Below, piece after piece: positions 61,078 to 64,000 of a stretch of 64,000 nucleotides of DNA. This DNA is from Nitrospiraceae bacterium (GTDB taxonomy: Bacteria; Nitrospirota; Thermodesulfovibrionia; UBA6902). A program made the translations under genes and the position numbers. The DNA lies in contig QZIL01000021.1 in NCBI GenBank assembly GCA_003599025.1, positions 3,965 to 67,964 of the forward strand. Reading direction: 5' to 3'. The notes under the pieces are model-generated. The model saw nothing but the letters and a program-made list of their open reading frames with translations. It did no database searches and was not told where the DNA came from. Within the stretch, counting starts at the first letter, position 1. Every line of letters starts with the position of its first letter.

Positions 61078-61632
61078 CTATAACTTCTTCATTAACCCCT
61101 GAATTTCTCCGTGATACCCGAGATAACGGTTCAGGGTGATTTCATTCTTCCCGTATTTCGGGTACCCGCTCAGTATCTCCTCGAACCGTGTTTCAGCCTC
61201 GTGTTCATCTCCATGAATATCCACAATGCCGTCCGTGATGATGTCAACGAGCCGGTCGGCGTATATTACTATTCTTTCTTCAAGAAGCCTGAGGGTATAA
61301 TCCTTTACCGGCAGGCCCAGCTCTACCGCTTCTTCCTTTGTCAGCCCGCCTCTGATGTGCTTTTCCATTACAGCCGTGATCTTTTCCGGCAGCCCGAGTT
61401 TTCTGCCAAGTTCCGCACCGATTTTGCCGTGCTCTATCTCGTGAGTTTCAGACTTGCCGAGGTCGTGAAACAGTGCCCCCCGTCCGACAAGCTCCATATC
61501 CAACTCCGCCTGTGTCCTTCCAGCGATTTCCAGCGCCTTTTCAGCAACCTTTATGCTGTGATTAATATCGTCTTCCGATACCCCTGTTTTTCGCAGGAGT
61601 TCGATGTCAGAATGCTGAATTTTAAATCCCAT
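61078..61632 (-). CDS. HD-domain metal-dependent phosphohydrolase
   Basis: H...HDLGK...HG...KH...YADR. Likely start is ATG 61632 with a GAGG RBS; the track extension runs through a repeat. Confidence 0.88.
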   Translation of the reverse strand: MGFKIQHSDIELLRKTGVSEDDINHSIKVAEKALEIAGRTQAELDMELVGRGALFHDLGKSETHEIEHGKIGAELGRKLGLPEKITAVMEKHIRGGLTKEEAVELGLPVKDYTLRLLEERIVIYADRLVDIITDGIVDIHGDEHEAETRFEEILSGYPKYGKNEITLNRYLGYHGEIQGLMKKL

Positions 61633-61651
61633 AAGATCCTCCTCTTTCTTT

Positions 61652-61722
61652 GTCATTCCCACGAAAGTGGGAAACCAGTTCCTTTTATAAAACTGGATTC
61701 CCCGATCAATTCGGGGAATGAC
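61652..61722. repeat. dRS3-like palindromic element
   Basis: gtcattcccacgaaagtgggaaaccag...ctggattccccgatcaattcggggaatgac. Confidence 0.78.
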
Positions 61723-61756
61723 GATCATGAGACCTTTATTAATTATGCCTTATTAA

Positions 61757-62041
61757 CTATTTCACCCCGAAATACGCCAGAGTGTCCGTAATGGATTTCT
61801 CAAAATCATGCTGCAGATGCTCGAACTTCGTCTTCACGTCATCATGAATGTGCCGGATATATTCCTGAAGCGCTTCCTTCCCGTATTTCTCCTCGATCAT
61901 TTTTCCGTATTCATACATCTTTGTAATGTCATGGCGCTCAGCCTTCTTCTCCGGGTCTTTATCCAGCCAATCATGGACATCCTTAAACTCTTTTCCTGTC
62001 TTGTCCAGGCTTATCTTAATGTGTTTGTCAATCGGCGGCAT
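61757..62041 (-). CDS. Small His-rich hypothetical protein
   Basis: MPPIDKH...VHDWLD...RH...RHIHDD, 94 aa, with an AAGGAGG RBS. Confidence 0.7.
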   Translation of the reverse strand: MPPIDKHIKISLDKTGKEFKDVHDWLDKDPEKKAERHDITKMYEYGKMIEEKYGKEALQEYIRHIHDDVKTKFEHLQHDFEKSITDTLAYFGVK

Positions 62042-62087
62042 TTTCTTTTCCTCCTTAATTAAATGGTTAACGTCTTCTTCCTTCCCC

Positions 62088-63389
62088 TTATGATATATAC
62101 ATCTTCCAGGCAAGTCCGGCCGCTGCCGAACACACAATCACCGGGATCATACCCCACTTGAAATATATCATGCCCGTAAACGCAGCCACGGAGGCTGACA
62201 GTGCATACCAGTCAAACCCCTTCCCCTCTGGTAAAAGCACATGGTAAGTAAATATGACCGATAGGTTCATGATGACCCCGACTACAGCAGCGGTTATGGC
62301 TGAAAGGGCTGCGCCAAGGTATGCATTTTCCCTGACCCTCTCGATATACGGGGCCCCGACGAATATCCACATGAAACACGGGGTGAATGTGACCCATGTT
62401 GTAAGAAGCCCGCCAATAGCCCCTGCCATAGCAGGCGCTATTCCTTTTGCGTGCGTGTATGCCGCAAGATAACCTACGAACTGCGTAACCATGATCAGCG
62501 GACCCGGTGTAGTCTCCGCCAAACCGAGTCCGTCTATCATCTGCTCAGGGAGAATCCACCCGTAGAAACTCACGGCCTGCTGACTGATATAGGCCAGCAC
62601 AGCATATGCCCCGCCGAAAGTCACCATAGCCGCCTTGCTGAAGAGCATCCCGATATCAATGAATATATTGTCCCAGCCGAGCCATAAACCCAGGAGAACA
62701 AGCGGAAGGAACCAGATGGGCAGGCACACGGCAATGACTTTCAACGAGTGCCTCCAGTTTGCCTGGCCCCTTCGTGAAACATGCAGATCTGCAATTATAT
62801 ACTCTGCGGGGTCCAAAGGCTTATTATTACCGGTCACAACAAATTTATCAGGCAGAAATTTCCCGCCGGCATAGCCGATGAGTCCGGCAGCAAGAATAAT
62901 GACAGGGAATGGGACCTGATAAAAGTATATCCCGATAAATGATAGCGCTGCCATAGAGATGAGGACTTCATTCCTGAGGGCCTTCTTCCCGATCCGGATG
63001 ACTGCTTCAGCAACAATGGCGGCAACAGCAGGTTTCAGCCCGTAGAATAATGCCGCTACCGCAGGTACAGATCCCAGTGATACATATATCCATGAAAGAC
63101 CCCACAAAATAAATACTGACGGCAGCACAAAGAGCACCCCTGCTGCAATACCGCCTTTTATCCCGTGCATGAGCCAGCCGATGTATGTTGCCAGCTGCTG
63201 TGCCTCAGGCCCTGGAAGAAGCATACAGAAGTTAAGTGCCTGGAGAAAATGGTCTTCGGTTATCCATTTCTTTTTCTCGACCACATCCCTGTGCATTATT
63301 GCGATCTGGCCTGTCGGTCCTCCAAAGCTGATAAAGCCAAGTCTGAGCCAGTAGCGAAACGCTTCTTTAAAGGAAATAATTCGTGCCAT
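62088..63389 (-). CDS. chrA: Chromate efflux transporter
   Basis: SFGGPTGQ, LLPGPEAQQ, TFGGAYAV, ETTPGP. Confidence 0.95.
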   Translation of the reverse strand: MARIISFKEAFRYWLRLGFISFGGPTGQIAIMHRDVVEKKKWITEDHFLQALNFCMLLPGPEAQQLATYIGWLMHGIKGGIAAGVLFVLPSVFILWGLSWIYVSLGSVPAVAALFYGLKPAVAAIVAEAVIRIGKKALRNEVLISMAALSFIGIYFYQVPFPVIILAAGLIGYAGGKFLPDKFVVTGNNKPLDPAEYIIADLHVSRRGQANWRHSLKVIAVCLPIWFLPLVLLGLWLGWDNIFIDIGMLFSKAAMVTFGGAYAVLAYISQQAVSFYGWILPEQMIDGLGLAETTPGPLIMVTQFVGYLAAYTHAKGIAPAMAGAIGGLLTTWVTFTPCFMWIFVGAPYIERVRENAYLGAALSAITAAVVGVIMNLSVIFTYHVLLPEGKGFDWYALSASVAAFTGMIYFKWGMIPVIVCSAAAGLAWKMYIS

Positions 63390-63401
63390 ATTACACTTCT
63401 T

Positions 63402-64000
63402 TCAGCCCGCCAAAGATGTATAAAGCATCTCAAACACATCCATTCCTTTCATAAGTATTTCTCGGTCGTTCTTTGAACTTTTTCTGACACCGATCAGTAT
63501 TTCTTCAACCCCTCTGGCCTTATGAGAGCTATACTTCCCATCCCTTACATCCAGTTCGTGTACGAGCTCTGCAATTTTTTTCACTGCCGTGTCCTTTATT
63601 CCAAACGTCCTCACTAGTACTTCAAAGGTGCACAAGTCGCCTTTGTGTGTAAAATCTCCGTCTTTTGTATCAAATGTAACAGCTCCGCCGGGTGCCTTAT
63701 CCTTTACGTCTTCATCTATAAAGCTGAAAACCGCCCCGCTGTCAATGAACTTCTTTATCAGCCATGCCGAGGCCATCCTGTCAACAAAAGGTTTCTTCCT
63801 TGTAATCCATGTCCTGCCAGAAAAATCCTTTTTGTTCATTCTGGGAATTGTGGTCCTCCTGTCAACTGTCGTCTTAAGTCCCCCGTGTAAAGTCAGCCTC
63901 TTCAACTCATTCCGGAGGTCATTGATCTTTTTTTCAATATCGATTTGCAGCTGTGGAGAGAAATAATCGATCTTCCTGATATCATCCAATTCTTTCGAAT
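63402..64000 (-). CDS. chrB: Chromate resistance protein ChrB (5' end outside the window)
   Basis: WITRKKPFVDRMASAWLIKKFID, FTHKGDLCTFE; the frame is open to the window end. Confidence 0.88.
   Translation of the reverse strand, partial: SKELDDIRKIDYFSPQLQIDIEKKINDLRNELKRLTLHGGLKTTVDRRTTIPRMNKKDFSGRTWITRKKPFVDRMASAWLIKKFIDSGAVFSFIDEDVKDKAPGGAVTFDTKDGDFTHKGDLCTFEVLVRTFGIKDTAVKKIAELVHELDVRDGKYSSHKARGVEEILIGVRKSSKNDREILMKGMDVFEMLYTSLAG

Noticed and set aside
61111-61791. 226-aa plus-strand ORF
   Set aside because: Antisense to the HD gene and runs through a palindromic repeat.

Overview
This is a bacterial chromosomal window. The gene content and repeat style suggest an anaerobic Nitrospirota- or Desulfobacterota-like organism, which is an inference only. 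Housekeeping genes (msbA, tgt, argS, rho, cutA, HIT, trmB, addAB-like, rsmA, chrAB) frame three accessory blocks. (1) 4.0-8.3 kb: an orphan MNT, two nuclease-like hypothetical proteins, a TPR protease and a DUF4258/DUF2283 TA pair. (2) 10.7-38 kb: a ~27 kb minus-strand run under a consensus sigma54 promoter. It opens with a RiPP-like cassette: HD-GYP, HprK-like kinase, PqqD/RRE, radical SAM-SPASM, a 48-aa Cys-rich precursor absent from the ORF track, an S24/S26 peptidase-nucleotidyltransferase fusion and an ABC-2 exporter. The cassette runs directly into a Wza/Wzc/Wzy/Wzx exopolysaccharide locus. (3) 45.5-49.8 kb: an AT-rich candidate defence module containing a small helical protein, an ORF6N gene bracketed by a 65-bp duplication, a 223-aa hypothetical, a MORC-like GHKL ATPase and a Fic protein. 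Several short repeat families are also present: a 214-bp MITE-like element, dRS3-like palindromes, GC-rich palindromes, GTAG-REPs and 7/8-mer arrays. Several of these sit in frame inside tgt, argS, addA and addB. All calls come from reading motifs by eye; no database searches were run.
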